Origin: a virus
Lineage: Duplodnaviria; Heunggongvirae; Uroviricota; Caudoviricetes
DNA length: 64,000 bases
IMG/VR virus record: IMGVR_UViG_3300005512_005684
Span: 231,003-295,002 of that record
Direction: 5' to 3' (one strand)
The position numbers were made by a program, and so were the translations under genes. How positions within the stretch are numbered: position 1 is the stretch's first letter; every line of letters starts with the position of its first letter. The notes beneath the pieces are model-generated. The model saw only the letters and a program-made list of their open reading frames with translations. It did not search any database and had not been told where the DNA came from. Below, in pieces: positions 23,601 to 32,230 of this stretch.

Positions 23601-23758
23601 ATTATCAGAGGCGCTTTGTGGCGGAGTGTGGCCTGCTACTTGATGATGATGGTCTTTGGGAAAAACTCTCCGAAATGGGTCGTGCCCATGCCCGTGGTTT
23701 CTCGTGGGCAAAGATCGTCGAGAGGTTCATTGGTCTCGTCAACGAAACTATGGAGTAA
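20633..23758 (+). CDS. Multidomain glycosyltransferase: GT2, TPR repeats, degenerate MTase-like segments, GT4
   Basis: VSLVMIAKNEA, VDTGSTD, SIDADE; TPR (RSLFYLGNSY); C-terminal RESFCMAAMEAKACGTPVI. Confidence 0.9.
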   Translation: MASVSLVMIAKNEAVNLPKCVNSLVGIFDEFILVDTGSTDDTKKVAEELGAKVFDYPEQDGEIHFAKWRNYAKDQATGEWLISIDADEWCEETCKDELRKAIETAPEDVDLLLLRSYVGSRSLDDTPSMIQYVQKVFRNKPGVKWVSGRHNFLMVPGKTRECPNVVWYHLHGVRSKEAKTERSVGRQSNIEFFEKEVEKNPKSARSLFYLGNSYRENGRGEDAINTYMRYLDVGSWDEERAQVAIYLAGCLSVVRRYDEARFVLLRGMADMYNRAELYLQMGEVCSRLGNLAEATHWYRVATMVPFPQNAKLFLSSNAYSSEPYVRLSVNLWHRKLYREASEASYKALEFLPNNRRIRRNLSISYLASGEHPFTCTREWEPGDFDVVKSIEGATKAVFFQEQSLEVLDGLPGWDIRQCVLNGDDGDQCHNTSPLWGPKKCEGYEVFVYAPGLLDLEDEFLTRVCLADMVSFRPKKAVIFTYRDDTMVSLLESTGCRVLSNDPGKGEQESVIVAEPQGEVFKMVGKRPYFLFGSEDKGPSGGEGEGVSKVRQADKPKTEPKKEIKDLGRVLFLGYDEALSKRYPEAKCVDVNDTVPDTVFVIFDDSWLPFEDSAFDVVVQVSDKVKVSSSELTRVSGSSKTIPVEGISGVPAPKETKGLTVVRAPRSPMVLPPKKASKTRTATIYCGASRYPFDGNTIHDDSYVRGSSKSAIYFCRELARAGWEVEAYTECEGCEVDGVRWKNYREFRSSNADVFVSYRRPQKFGSGFNVFYCHDAGLYGKTKFADFHLALAVSEWMSDRFQRHYPKFRDKTRVLHNGVNLERIDELAAKVAERDENLFFHHFSVDRSLLALLYIFPMLHADNSRLKLKVAGNFEDWLFECDKRKGQDRERAEKTRSLIEDGMEGVEFVGPQGEEYVIENLLRSKLCLFPNNVRESFCMAAMEAKACGTPVIASRIPALTEIAIPGSTLLLCETKGNLADYRDDTGPYSEDYQRRFVAECGLLLDDDGLWEKLSEMGRAHARGFSWAKIVERFIGLVNETME

Positions 23759-23763
23759 CGACA

Positions 23764-23991
23764 ATGGAAGACAAGGAATATCAGATCGGAATAGACCCGG
23801 CCAAACCTGGGGCTGACAAGACGGTTGTTCAGAAAGTCAGGACAGGTCAACAGGACCCGAAGGTGGTGGACTCGACACCTACGGACGTGTCTCAGGGCGT
23901 GGCCGAAGGCCGTTGCTGGATCAAACTCGGAGCGGGGAAGTGTGAAGGTTGCACGAGGTATGATGCTTGTGAGCACGAAGACAAAGAGTGA
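23764..23991 (+). CDS. Small Cys4 hypothetical protein
   Basis: GGAG RBS; CW...CEGC...C. Confidence 0.55.
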   Translation: MEDKEYQIGIDPAKPGADKTVVQKVRTGQQDPKVVDSTPTDVSQGVAEGRCWIKLGAGKCEGCTRYDACEHEDKE

Positions 23992-24526
23992 GCTATACGC
24001 CGAGTTCGCTAGGCGAGAGGCGCTCAAAGAGCATATTCGGGAGAACCAGGTCTGGACGAGGGCTGAACTGGAAGAGACAGGAAAGACCGTCAAGGAATAT
24101 CGGGTGGTCTTCGGTAGCTGGATTAAGGCTCGGGAAGAGGCGTATCATGCGCCGAAGTTTACGGTTGAGTACTTACGCAGATTGGTCGCTCGTCAACAGT
24201 TGTATACTAAGGCCAAGTACCAGGCTTTCAGAAACACTCACCGTCCAATGTGTCCGAGCTTTGTCGAGTTGAAGAGGATTGTCGGAAAGAGTTGGACGAA
24301 GTTTGTCGAGGAAGCTCAAGTCAATGATCCGAAGGCGTTGTTGGCGATTCTCTTGAAGGCGACGGCGAACTCGGGGAAGATAACCCGATGGATGTTTGGT
24401 CGTGGTGGGGTGCCGCCGATTACGCACTACAGGCCGTTTTTCAAGTTCAGAGACCTGCAATATCTTTGTAAGATCAATCACGAAATTGTTTCTAGGGCGA
24501 AGGCACAAAGGAGTGCATTGGTATGA
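23960..24526 (+). CDS. Basic DNA-binding protein with homing-endonuclease-associated repeat-like motifs
   Basis: VFGSWIKAREEA and CPSF...VGKSWTKF resemble FGSW repeats. Confidence 0.5.
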   Translation: MMLVSTKTKSELYAEFARREALKEHIRENQVWTRAELEETGKTVKEYRVVFGSWIKAREEAYHAPKFTVEYLRRLVARQQLYTKAKYQAFRNTHRPMCPSFVELKRIVGKSWTKFVEEAQVNDPKALLAILLKATANSGKITRWMFGRGGVPPITHYRPFFKFRDLQYLCKINHEIVSRAKAQRSALV

Positions 24527-25026
24527 GCGATAATCTGATTCTGCCTGAAGTAGCGAAGAAACTGCGAGCCTTGTTGAATCGCAGACTGAGCCAGCGGCGC
24601 AAGCTGTTTTTGGAACGGAAACCTGAGAATTGTGGCCACGGAATGGTATCACATGGGAAGATTCGGTGTCCCGTTATCGACGGGAAAGTGTGTACGCAAC
24701 CGGTGTGTGTCGATTGTGGTCATTATGAGTGTGGTAATGACCGGGCGAGCGTGGACAGGAGTTTCTTCGATGTAGTTTCTGATCCAGCCGCTTGCAGCAA
24801 GGCGTACCCGAAGATCGCCATTCTCATGTGGGTACTTCATATTGGCAATCATGACGGTACGGCGGCGGCAGTGGCGGAGGAAGTCAAAGTCAACAAGCGA
24901 GTCAAGGGAGATAAGAATGGAGAAATCGGCCAGCCGTCTGGGGAGGGCAATGGTCAAAAACGCAAGCGCCACAAGGCTCGCCGCCGCAAGAAAAAGCGCA
25001 AGGTCGAGGTTGACCGCGGAAAGTAA
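24523..25026 (+). CDS. Cys-rich protein with basic C-terminal tail
   Basis: Multiple Cys; KRKRHKARRRKKKRK. Confidence 0.6.
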   Translation: MSDNLILPEVAKKLRALLNRRLSQRRKLFLERKPENCGHGMVSHGKIRCPVIDGKVCTQPVCVDCGHYECGNDRASVDRSFFDVVSDPAACSKAYPKIAILMWVLHIGNHDGTAAAVAEEVKVNKRVKGDKNGEIGQPSGEGNGQKRKRHKARRRKKKRKVEVDRGK

Positions 25027-25600
25027 CCGTTGGGTTGGCTTAAACCTTTCTTTTGACTTTCGTGCGGACGAGCATTATGGTGTGATTGTGAGGGAACTGA
25101 GAAAGATTTTCGGTGACCGCGTGTCGTTCTTTCTCCCTGGAGACCTCATGGAAGAGGAAGCCTTTGATACGTTTTGCGAAGGTTATATCTTCGTGTGGTG
25201 TGGAGACGTTGGTCGTTACGAAGGCAAAATACAGCGAAGTAATGTCTTTTACACCTACAAAGATGACATCGGTGAAATTCTTTACGCTGATCCTCATGAG
25301 CTAGTGAGGATGCAGGTGTATTTCGAGAATCATCATCGACGTGTGTTCAAGCCGGGAGACCTGGTGGTCGTTCAGAAAGGGGAGTTTTGTGGTCTCAGAG
25401 GGATTGTGACAGCGGACCTCGGGCGGCTTCATTACGAGGTGTTCTTCAAGCTGTTCTCTCGGCAAATGTCTGGTGTCTTTTCTTCCCAGAATCTAGTGTT
25501 CAAGAGCACTGGGTACTTGCCGGTTGTTCGTTGTCCGTTAGTGCGGATACCGCTGATCCGGGTGCCGCTCTTGCGTGTTCCTGTTCTTGCCGGAGAGTGA
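25010..25600 (+). CDS. NusG-family transcription antitermination factor (NGN plus KOW)
   Basis: EGYIFV NGN motif; FKPGDLVVVQKGEFCGLRGIV KOW; V.FKLFSR; start assumed at TTG 25010 within ORF 24842-25600. Confidence 0.8.
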   Translation: MTAESNRWVGLNLSFDFRADEHYGVIVRELRKIFGDRVSFFLPGDLMEEEAFDTFCEGYIFVWCGDVGRYEGKIQRSNVFYTYKDDIGEILYADPHELVRMQVYFENHHRRVFKPGDLVVVQKGEFCGLRGIVTADLGRLHYEVFFKLFSRQMSGVFSSQNLVFKSTGYLPVVRCPLVRIPLIRVPLLRVPVLAGE

Positions 25601-25601
25601 C

Positions 25602-26162
25602 GTGAAGATCGAATCGTTCTACGGTAAAGAACTGGAACGGCTCGATGTACAAAGGATCGAGCCAAAGGTAAGCGCGATATTCTCCAGCGTTGAAGACCTG
25701 AAGCTGCTTTTTGACAACATGTATTTACTTGACGCTGAGGACAGAGACCTCATGCTCTTGTTGTTCATTTGTCAGAAAAGGCAAGAGGACATTGGTGTTC
25801 TATTCGATGTGACGCAGGAAGCTGTGTCCTATCAGATGAAGAAACTGAGGTCTCGAATACGGTTCATTAAGCGTTTGCGTTCGGTGCAACCGCAGGTTGA
25901 CGAGTTCTTCGAGTTTGTTGTAGGTACCTCGGACATTCCGGTGCATTTCATTGAGTCGGCAGCGTTGATGTTCTTTACGACTTCGCAGACTATAAGTGCC
26001 CGTATCCTTGGTGTGAATCAGGCGACGGTGAGATACCGGTTCAGTTCATTTGTAGATGCTATGAAGAAAATCGCAGTCCCAAAGCGCTTCCGTAAGATTG
26101 CGAAGTATGTCAAGGGGTTACAGAAGTACCACAACCGCGTGAAGAGAATTAGACGCGGTTAA
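25602..26162 (+). CDS. Sigma70 region-4-like double-HTH transcription factor
   Basis: LDAEDRDLMLL...QEDIGVLFDVTQEAVS and SQTISARILGVNQATV. Confidence 0.7.
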   Translation: MKIESFYGKELERLDVQRIEPKVSAIFSSVEDLKLLFDNMYLLDAEDRDLMLLLFICQKRQEDIGVLFDVTQEAVSYQMKKLRSRIRFIKRLRSVQPQVDEFFEFVVGTSDIPVHFIESAALMFFTTSQTISARILGVNQATVRYRFSSFVDAMKKIAVPKRFRKIAKYVKGLQKYHNRVKRIRRG

Positions 26163-26190
26163 TTGTTTGGTTGGATATTGGTAAGTTCAT

Positions 26191-26230
26191 GAGACCCAAC
26201 CTCGCGTGTACGGGGAAGGGTCTTTTTTTC
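26191..26230 (+). terminator. Rho-independent terminator
   Basis: GAGACCC/GGGTCTT stem plus T7. Confidence 0.7.
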
Positions 26231-26254
26231 GTTTTGTATTTCACCTTCCTTGAC

Positions 26255-26277
26255 AGAGGGGTTTTGGAGCTTGTGTG
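26255..26277 (+). promoter_or_regulatory. Repeated upstream motif AGAGGGGTTTTGGARCTKGT + start codon (copy 1)
   Basis: Near-identical to 63044-63066 with the same spacing to the start codon. Confidence 0.6.
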
Positions 26278-26589
26278 AACAACGTCCCGAATCGTTGGCC
26301 AGAGGGAGTTTCCGAAATGAAAGACAGTATTAAGGATGCTGCGGTGATTACTGAGTGGCATTCTACACTGGGCATGGATGCCATGTTCCTGAAGGATCGC
26401 GAGATCAGGATTGCGGCAACCGACGAAACGCTCAGGGAATTTGTTCCCGTTGGCCAATTGTTGATCAGCCGGGCGACGAAGCAATTGTGGAAGCTCGCTG
26501 ACGACGGGAAGACCATCGTTAAGTTATTCGACGACGCGGATATTCCACTGTCGTTTGATACGGAATCTCTTGCACAGAGCGAGGACTGA
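26275..26589 (+). CDS. Hypothetical protein opening the morphogenesis block
   Basis: ORF after terminator and repeated motif. Confidence 0.65.
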   Translation: MNNVPNRWPEGVSEMKDSIKDAAVITEWHSTLGMDAMFLKDREIRIAATDETLREFVPVGQLLISRATKQLWKLADDGKTIVKLFDDADIPLSFDTESLAQSED

Positions 26590-26593
26590 TCCA

Positions 26594-27790
26594 ATGAAGC
26601 AGCAGGATCCTATCGGCAGCATTATTACTCAGGACGATTTCAGTGAAGAGGAAAGCATTGAGCTTGGCCAGGTATCACAGGGGCCTCGTGACATCCTTTC
26701 TTTTTCCTCGCCGAGAGACGTAAGGGAAACTGCTTCCACTGATCGAAGGAAAGTCGATTCGGTGGACGTGATCCGGGTGGCCAAGACATTCCTGTCTCAT
26801 GGAATTGTCGGCAAGCAATTGGTGGCGAATCTCAGAAAACAGTTCTCCAGGACGGTTCTGGCAAAGTGTCAGGAACAGTTGACTGAAGTGATTGATCAGC
26901 ATCATGGGTTGTTGGGTACCGTTTACTTGGACGCGAGCCTTCACTACCCTGATTGTCAAAAGAGCATGACCCGGTTGAAGAAAGCATCGGCCAACGGGCA
27001 GACTATTGATGCCGTGTTGAAGACTGGTGGTTGCACTCGGTGTCAACATAACAGTGGTCCGCTTTGCACGTCCACCGGGATGAAGTTGCTGAATTCACCG
27101 GATGATATTGGTTCGGATACTCTCAAGAAACTCAGTTCTCTTGGGTTGGTCGATCAAGAGGAAGTGAGAGCGGCGGTGGCGAGTGTGATCGAGGTCGAAG
27201 GCCGACGTGCTGTCAATGCTCCGCGGGTCCTCAAGGAAGTGTTTGCAAGCAGACTCGTGAGGCAAGCGGAGGAGAGGGAACCGAGCGAAGCAGAACACTT
27301 GGTCTTGCAGCCGAGTGGTGATCTTCCGATTGATCCTGAACCAGATGCTCCTGTCGAGTTCGATGTTGAATACGAACAGCCAGACAAGATGGCTGATCTC
27401 ATGCCGGAGGAAAGAGAGACGGTGGATGCCGTGTTTGACCATCTGATCCCGGATGGAAACCTCCCGATTGAAGACCCGGCAGAACTGCCCGAGTACGTCG
27501 AAGTAATGGCCGCGGTTCAGGACGGGATTACTGAGAATCTGGAAGGTGTGGATGATATTCCAGAGGAAACCGATCTGGACGTGAACATGCAACTCGGGGG
27601 TATGGACGATGTACCTGACGAGTGGGTGGGTGTTGAAGAGGAAGATGACGAAATGGATTTCGAGTTCTCTAGGGATTCAGACCTTCCGGTCGGTGACGTG
27701 TTGGAAGAGGAAGAACCTATTGAAGTTGAAATGGGCAAGAGTAAGAGAACCGTGTACAAGGGCAAACGTGGCTTTGGCCAGAAAGTCTAA
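26594..27790 (+). CDS. Hypothetical protein with Cys motif and very acidic C-terminal half
   Basis: GLLGTVYLD...C...CTRC...C; D/E-rich tail. Confidence 0.75.
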   Translation: MKQQDPIGSIITQDDFSEEESIELGQVSQGPRDILSFSSPRDVRETASTDRRKVDSVDVIRVAKTFLSHGIVGKQLVANLRKQFSRTVLAKCQEQLTEVIDQHHGLLGTVYLDASLHYPDCQKSMTRLKKASANGQTIDAVLKTGGCTRCQHNSGPLCTSTGMKLLNSPDDIGSDTLKKLSSLGLVDQEEVRAAVASVIEVEGRRAVNAPRVLKEVFASRLVRQAEEREPSEAEHLVLQPSGDLPIDPEPDAPVEFDVEYEQPDKMADLMPEERETVDAVFDHLIPDGNLPIEDPAELPEYVEVMAAVQDGITENLEGVDDIPEETDLDVNMQLGGMDDVPDEWVGVEEEDDEMDFEFSRDSDLPVGDVLEEEEPIEVEMGKSKRTVYKGKRGFGQKV

Positions 27791-27802
27791 CAGGAGGGAA
27801 GT

Positions 27803-28165
27803 ATGGCTGGCCCGAATCTCAGTCGATTAGTCGGCCTGGACTCTGACGCCGATGACGTGGATCATGACCCGGTTGTTGATGACGGTTTCCTGCGGTCTAT
27901 GAACCGTGGTACGGACTTGCGGGTAGAGCCAACGGAAGCGGAAGACAACGAGCTTGACGAGTTCTGTGTGGACTCTATGAGTTCGTTGAACGACCGGGGA
28001 GGTGATTCCATTGACGGAACAATGGGTCAGTTTTTCGACGTGGACGAAGACGAGGAAGTGACCGTTGAACTAGACAACTCAGAACAGCCTATAGATTTTG
28101 AAGAGGAAAAGGACGGAATCGAGATCGACATGGAAGGTGGAATGGACCTAACAGGGGTTGTCTAA
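27803..28165 (+). CDS. Highly acidic hypothetical protein
   Basis: AGGAGG RBS; D/E-rich. Confidence 0.7.
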   Translation: MAGPNLSRLVGLDSDADDVDHDPVVDDGFLRSMNRGTDLRVEPTEAEDNELDEFCVDSMSSLNDRGGDSIDGTMGQFFDVDEDEEVTVELDNSEQPIDFEEEKDGIEIDMEGGMDLTGVV

Positions 28166-28190
28166 TGTCTCCGCAGAATGAGTGTGCGTT

Positions 28191-28925
28191 ATGGAACAAG
28201 ATGCTAGGGAGTTCATTGGTGAAGATGGGTTTATTCGGTATCCGGTGCTTGATGGTGTAAAGCAGGAAGACTTGGTATCGGAGCTTGGCGGGGAGTCTTC
28301 AAACGAAATCGACACGGGTGACAACGGGGTACCGGTTTACGGTGGGAACATGCCGATGCCTATCGAGTTTGCTCCGGTTGCAACCTTAGCGGATAGGGAC
28401 GAAGCCGTTAAGGAATACTGGCAAGACCGTGAACACTATCTCCAAGCGCTTGAAGACGGCGACTGCTTGAAGCTGATTGATGGCATTGTTAAGGAAATGT
28501 CCACTGAGTCAGATCGTCTGCTCGCGAACGAAAGTGTTGCCAGCAAGAACAATGACATTCAGTCTTCAACGGTGATCATTGCGAAGCGTGTCGATACGCT
28601 GAAAGAGATTGTGCGAACGATCTCTCAAAAGCATTACTTGGCGCGGGACATGGACCTCGATCTTGATCATCCGCAGATGCAGACAGTCTTTGAGTGGATG
28701 TTCGATAAGATAACCCGTGTGATTCAGAGACTAGAGCTTCCTGCGGAGCAACATGAGTTGTTCTTTACAATGCTTGGAGAGGCGACGCAGAACTGGAAGC
28801 ACGACATCCGTATGCGAATGGGCGGGGTGCGTGAGCAGAATGTTCCTGCTGCGGAGCCTCGGAAACGTCCAGTGGAATTGAAGGTCATTGGCGTCGAAGA
28901 CGACGAGGACACGACAGATGAATAG
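28191..28925 (+). CDS. Helical protein upstream of terL, candidate small terminase
   Basis: Position overlapping the terL start; helical composition (positional inference only). Confidence 0.5.
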   Translation: MEQDAREFIGEDGFIRYPVLDGVKQEDLVSELGGESSNEIDTGDNGVPVYGGNMPMPIEFAPVATLADRDEAVKEYWQDREHYLQALEDGDCLKLIDGIVKEMSTESDRLLANESVASKNNDIQSSTVIIAKRVDTLKEIVRTISQKHYLARDMDLDLDHPQMQTVFEWMFDKITRVIQRLELPAEQHELFFTMLGEATQNWKHDIRMRMGGVREQNVPAAEPRKRPVELKVIGVEDDEDTTDE

Positions 28926-30780
28926 TCGAGCACGCCACGACATTCACCGGGGTACCTTTGACCTGTGGGAGCTATGTTCGTCGTACGCGACTAAGAGTAA
29001 GAAAAAGGGTGAGATTGCGGACGTGATTACGTTTTGCGAGTCACCGTGGGGCTACGGGACTCCGTTGTGGCCATGTCAGCGTTTCATTCTGAAGTGCTTT
29101 TACGGCATGGAGCTTGACGGGAAGAACAAGACGATTATCGTGCCTGACGTGTTCAACGAGAAACGTGACACGGTGGTGACAGAGAAAGAGTATCTGCAAC
29201 GGTTGTACGACGACGGGAGGGTCAATACGAAAGATGTAGAGGGTCAGCGTTTCTACGAGTTGATCCTTGTGATTGGCAGACGTGGCTCCAAGAGCACGAT
29301 GGCCACGATTATTGCCATGTATGAAGTCTACAAGCTCCTGAAGAAGGAGAATCCGCAAGCCGCGTACAAAGTTCAGGAAGGTTCGGAAGTCAGCATTACG
29401 AGTGTTTCGACTGCGGAGCACCAGGCGACGAAGTTGTTTGGGAAGATGCTGCACGGGGTCAACTTTTCGGACTTCCTGCGGAACAAGCGTGTCGGGAAGC
29501 CGTCATCGAACGCAATACGACTTGTGACAGAGTTCGAGCGCGGGTTGTTTGGGAATAAGGCGGAGGGGACGATCACACTGAGTTGCGGTGGTTGTAGTGC
29601 AAAGGCCCTCCGTGGTGCGAACAACATTGTAGTTATCCTCGACGAAATGGCGTTCTTCCTGGACAACAGTAGTCGGTTCTCTGGTAAGGCCGTGTACGAT
29701 GCTTTGACCCCTTCCATTGCTTCGTTCGGTGAGGATGGGAAGATCATTAACATTAGCTCTCCGGGAACAAAGACCGGCGTGTTCTATGAGTTGTACGAGA
29801 CGAGTTTTGACAGGCCGAAAGATGCGTTGATGTTCAAGATGCCGAGCACGTTTGTCAATCCTACTCTTGCCAGTCGTTTCCTCCGAGGCGAGTACAAAAA
29901 GAATCGGTACTCGTTCGTGTCTGAGTATGGCGGTGAGTTCATGGAGAAAACGACCGGATGGATCAGAGGCGAGCGTGTGGTGGATGCTTGTGTTGCCAAG
30001 CGTCGAGAGACCAAGGGCAAGGCGCGCCGGCGATACTTCATGGGTGTTGACCTTGGTCTGAAAGAAAATGGCACGGGAATCGCGATTGTTCACAAAGAGG
30101 AGGGGCAGATTATCCTTGACTATGTGCAAGCCTACTACGCTGGCTTGGGTCCCTTCAAGGAAGCCGAGGTCCTCGACCTGGACGAACTTGCGACACTCAT
30201 GCAACAGTTGGATATTGTCTATCCGATTGAGAGCGGAATTCTTGACCAGTTCAACGGGTATGGCTTGCTCAACAGCTTGGAGCGGAAACGCATGAAGCAA
30301 ATCCGCTTGGAACAAATCTCAGAGAGAATGAAGGGGGAAATGTTCGGATTGGTCATGAACCTGCTATTGAACCGGGCGATAGAGCTTTACAGAGAACCGA
30401 AGTCTCCGGGGCAGTTGCTCACGAATTACGAGAACCCAGACATCTTTTGGGACCCAGAGAGACCGGGATCGTCGCTTGTTCAGGAGTTCAAGAACCTGGA
30501 GCAGACGACGACGACGCGTGGAGTCTCTCGTGTGGGTAAACCTGGCGGAAAGGGTTTCCAGGATGATGCAAGCGACGCCGTAGTGCGTGCCGTGTGGGAG
30601 TGCTTCCACAAGACGGCTGGATACGACGAGAAAGCAAGCAAGATGGAACGCTTTGGTCGGACGCGTGGGGGAAATGGAAGCCGGGAAGGTAAGCTGGCTA
30701 GAATGGTTCGATATGGAATGACACAGAGAATACCGCCGAACACTAGGAGGAAGCTGAAGTTGCCCGTTGGTCGTGTATAA
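28918..30780 (+). CDS. terL: Phage terminase large subunit
   Basis: Q motif LWPCQ, Walker A GRRGSKS, Walker B VVILDE, coupling motif ISSP, nuclease MGVDLG and DDASDA. Confidence 0.93.
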   Translation: MNSRARHDIHRGTFDLWELCSSYATKSKKKGEIADVITFCESPWGYGTPLWPCQRFILKCFYGMELDGKNKTIIVPDVFNEKRDTVVTEKEYLQRLYDDGRVNTKDVEGQRFYELILVIGRRGSKSTMATIIAMYEVYKLLKKENPQAAYKVQEGSEVSITSVSTAEHQATKLFGKMLHGVNFSDFLRNKRVGKPSSNAIRLVTEFERGLFGNKAEGTITLSCGGCSAKALRGANNIVVILDEMAFFLDNSSRFSGKAVYDALTPSIASFGEDGKIINISSPGTKTGVFYELYETSFDRPKDALMFKMPSTFVNPTLASRFLRGEYKKNRYSFVSEYGGEFMEKTTGWIRGERVVDACVAKRRETKGKARRRYFMGVDLGLKENGTGIAIVHKEEGQIILDYVQAYYAGLGPFKEAEVLDLDELATLMQQLDIVYPIESGILDQFNGYGLLNSLERKRMKQIRLEQISERMKGEMFGLVMNLLLNRAIELYREPKSPGQLLTNYENPDIFWDPERPGSSLVQEFKNLEQTTTTRGVSRVGKPGGKGFQDDASDAVVRAVWECFHKTAGYDEKASKMERFGRTRGGNGSREGKLARMVRYGMTQRIPPNTRRKLKLPVGRV

Positions 30781-30786
30781 ATTGAA

Positions 30787-31746
30787 ATGGAGATTGAAAT
30801 GAAGAACTCGCTCGTGATCTGCGTAGATGATCTGCGTCGCGATGTGTGTGATCGTCAGTCCAAGTACTTTTGTATGCCGTACGTGGCGGAACTTGCGAAA
30901 CGTAGTCAATGCTTTCGCAAGGCGTTCACGACTTCCTCATGGTCGCCGCAGGTGGCCTATACAGTGTTTAAGGACTGCGACCCGATCTTTACTCCGTTTG
31001 CAGTCGAAGCGGAAGATACACAAAAGGTCTTTCGTCATGGACTCTTGAGTTCGGCTCGGTTTAGGCGACGTGAGTATCTAGTAGGCGTTTCTGCGAATAT
31101 CTGGGTAAGTGCCCAGTTTGGATTCGACAAGTTTTTTGACCGATGGATCGATGACCGGGCGAACGCGTTTGAGAGGTGTTGTAAGTTACTCAGTGACGGA
31201 CTCCCTGAACCGTGGGTCGTGTACCTTCAGATCATGCACGTACATGACAGGTTGTTGGGGAAGAGAGCAGAGCGGAACCGTGACTTTCAGGACTTTGCAT
31301 ACTATCGTCGATGTTGTCATGAGCTAGATACGTTACTTGGCAAGGAACTGTTGCCGGTGTTGGAAAGGAAAGGGTTGACTGATCGGACGGTTGTGTGTCT
31401 GTTCTCAGACCACGGTGAATCGTTTCCGAACGTTGACTCGGATGGCTTGAAGGCGTTTGGTCATGGTCAGGCTCTTTCTCCGATACTATTGAGAGTGCCG
31501 CTATTCATTTGTGACCCTGATAGGGAAGCGGCAAATATCGACGAGTATTTCTCGCTGAGACATCTATTTCAGACGGTCTTTGCGTGTGCGGACGGAAAGG
31601 AGTTTAATTTACCTGAGCCGGTTATCAGTGCTTTTCTCGCGCATAAGCAAGTCAAGCATGTGAAGTTTGACGGGAGAACGTGCAATGGAAGTTACCAGGA
31701 GTTTGACCTAGTTAGGGGTGACGTTCGTGAGTTCAAGATTGATTGA
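30787..31746 (+). CDS. Sulfatase-like (alkaline phosphatase superfamily) protein
   Basis: VICVDDLRRD, HVH, FSDHGE, GHG, RVPLFI. Confidence 0.8.
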   Translation: MEIEMKNSLVICVDDLRRDVCDRQSKYFCMPYVAELAKRSQCFRKAFTTSSWSPQVAYTVFKDCDPIFTPFAVEAEDTQKVFRHGLLSSARFRRREYLVGVSANIWVSAQFGFDKFFDRWIDDRANAFERCCKLLSDGLPEPWVVYLQIMHVHDRLLGKRAERNRDFQDFAYYRRCCHELDTLLGKELLPVLERKGLTDRTVVCLFSDHGESFPNVDSDGLKAFGHGQALSPILLRVPLFICDPDREAANIDEYFSLRHLFQTVFACADGKEFNLPEPVISAFLAHKQVKHVKFDGRTCNGSYQEFDLVRGDVREFKID

Positions 31747-32230
31747 AGCAGAGAGACTTGACGAGTTGTCGGAGGCGCATGTTGCGGCTGCGGAGGAAAA
31801 GCTGCGGCTGCAAACGAATGCGTTGTCAGCGAGTGTGAAGGAAGGACTTACGGACTTCCGTCGTCGTTACACTACGCTCCGAGAGGATTTAACACGCCTC
31901 GGGGTGTTGTCCAGGTTTCGAGACAGGAGGCTTTCGACAAGGTGTGCAAAGCTATTAGACGCTGCTAATCGACTGTTTGTGCTTGCTGGCGGATCATTGT
32001 CTTCAGTTATTACTGGAGAGTCGGATGACGATATGGATGTCGAAGTTGACGATGATCTGCTTCCGGTCGAGGCTGACGCGGAGTATTTCGACGATGACCT
32101 TGATATTGATCTTATGGCCGACAACATGAGACAAGAATTAGCCAAGTCGAAGCCAAAGCGTAAAACAAAGAAACGGATTCCGTCTGGGAGAAAATGGAAG
32201 ATAGGCAAGAGAGGAAATAGAAATGGCTAA
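31718..32230 (+). CDS. Hypothetical protein (coiled coil, acidic, basic tail)
   Basis: ORF overlapping both neighbours. Confidence 0.6.
   Translation: MTFVSSRLIEAERLDELSEAHVAAAEEKLRLQTNALSASVKEGLTDFRRRYTTLREDLTRLGVLSRFRDRRLSTRCAKLLDAANRLFVLAGGSLSSVITGESDDDMDVEVDDDLLPVEADAEYFDDDLDIDLMADNMRQELAKSKPKRKTKKRIPSGRKWKIGKRGNRNG

Noticed and set aside
12540-30780. Inteins or introns in nrdJ and terL
   Set aside because: Both have normal length and contiguous motifs; no C...HN-C/S/T splice signatures seen.
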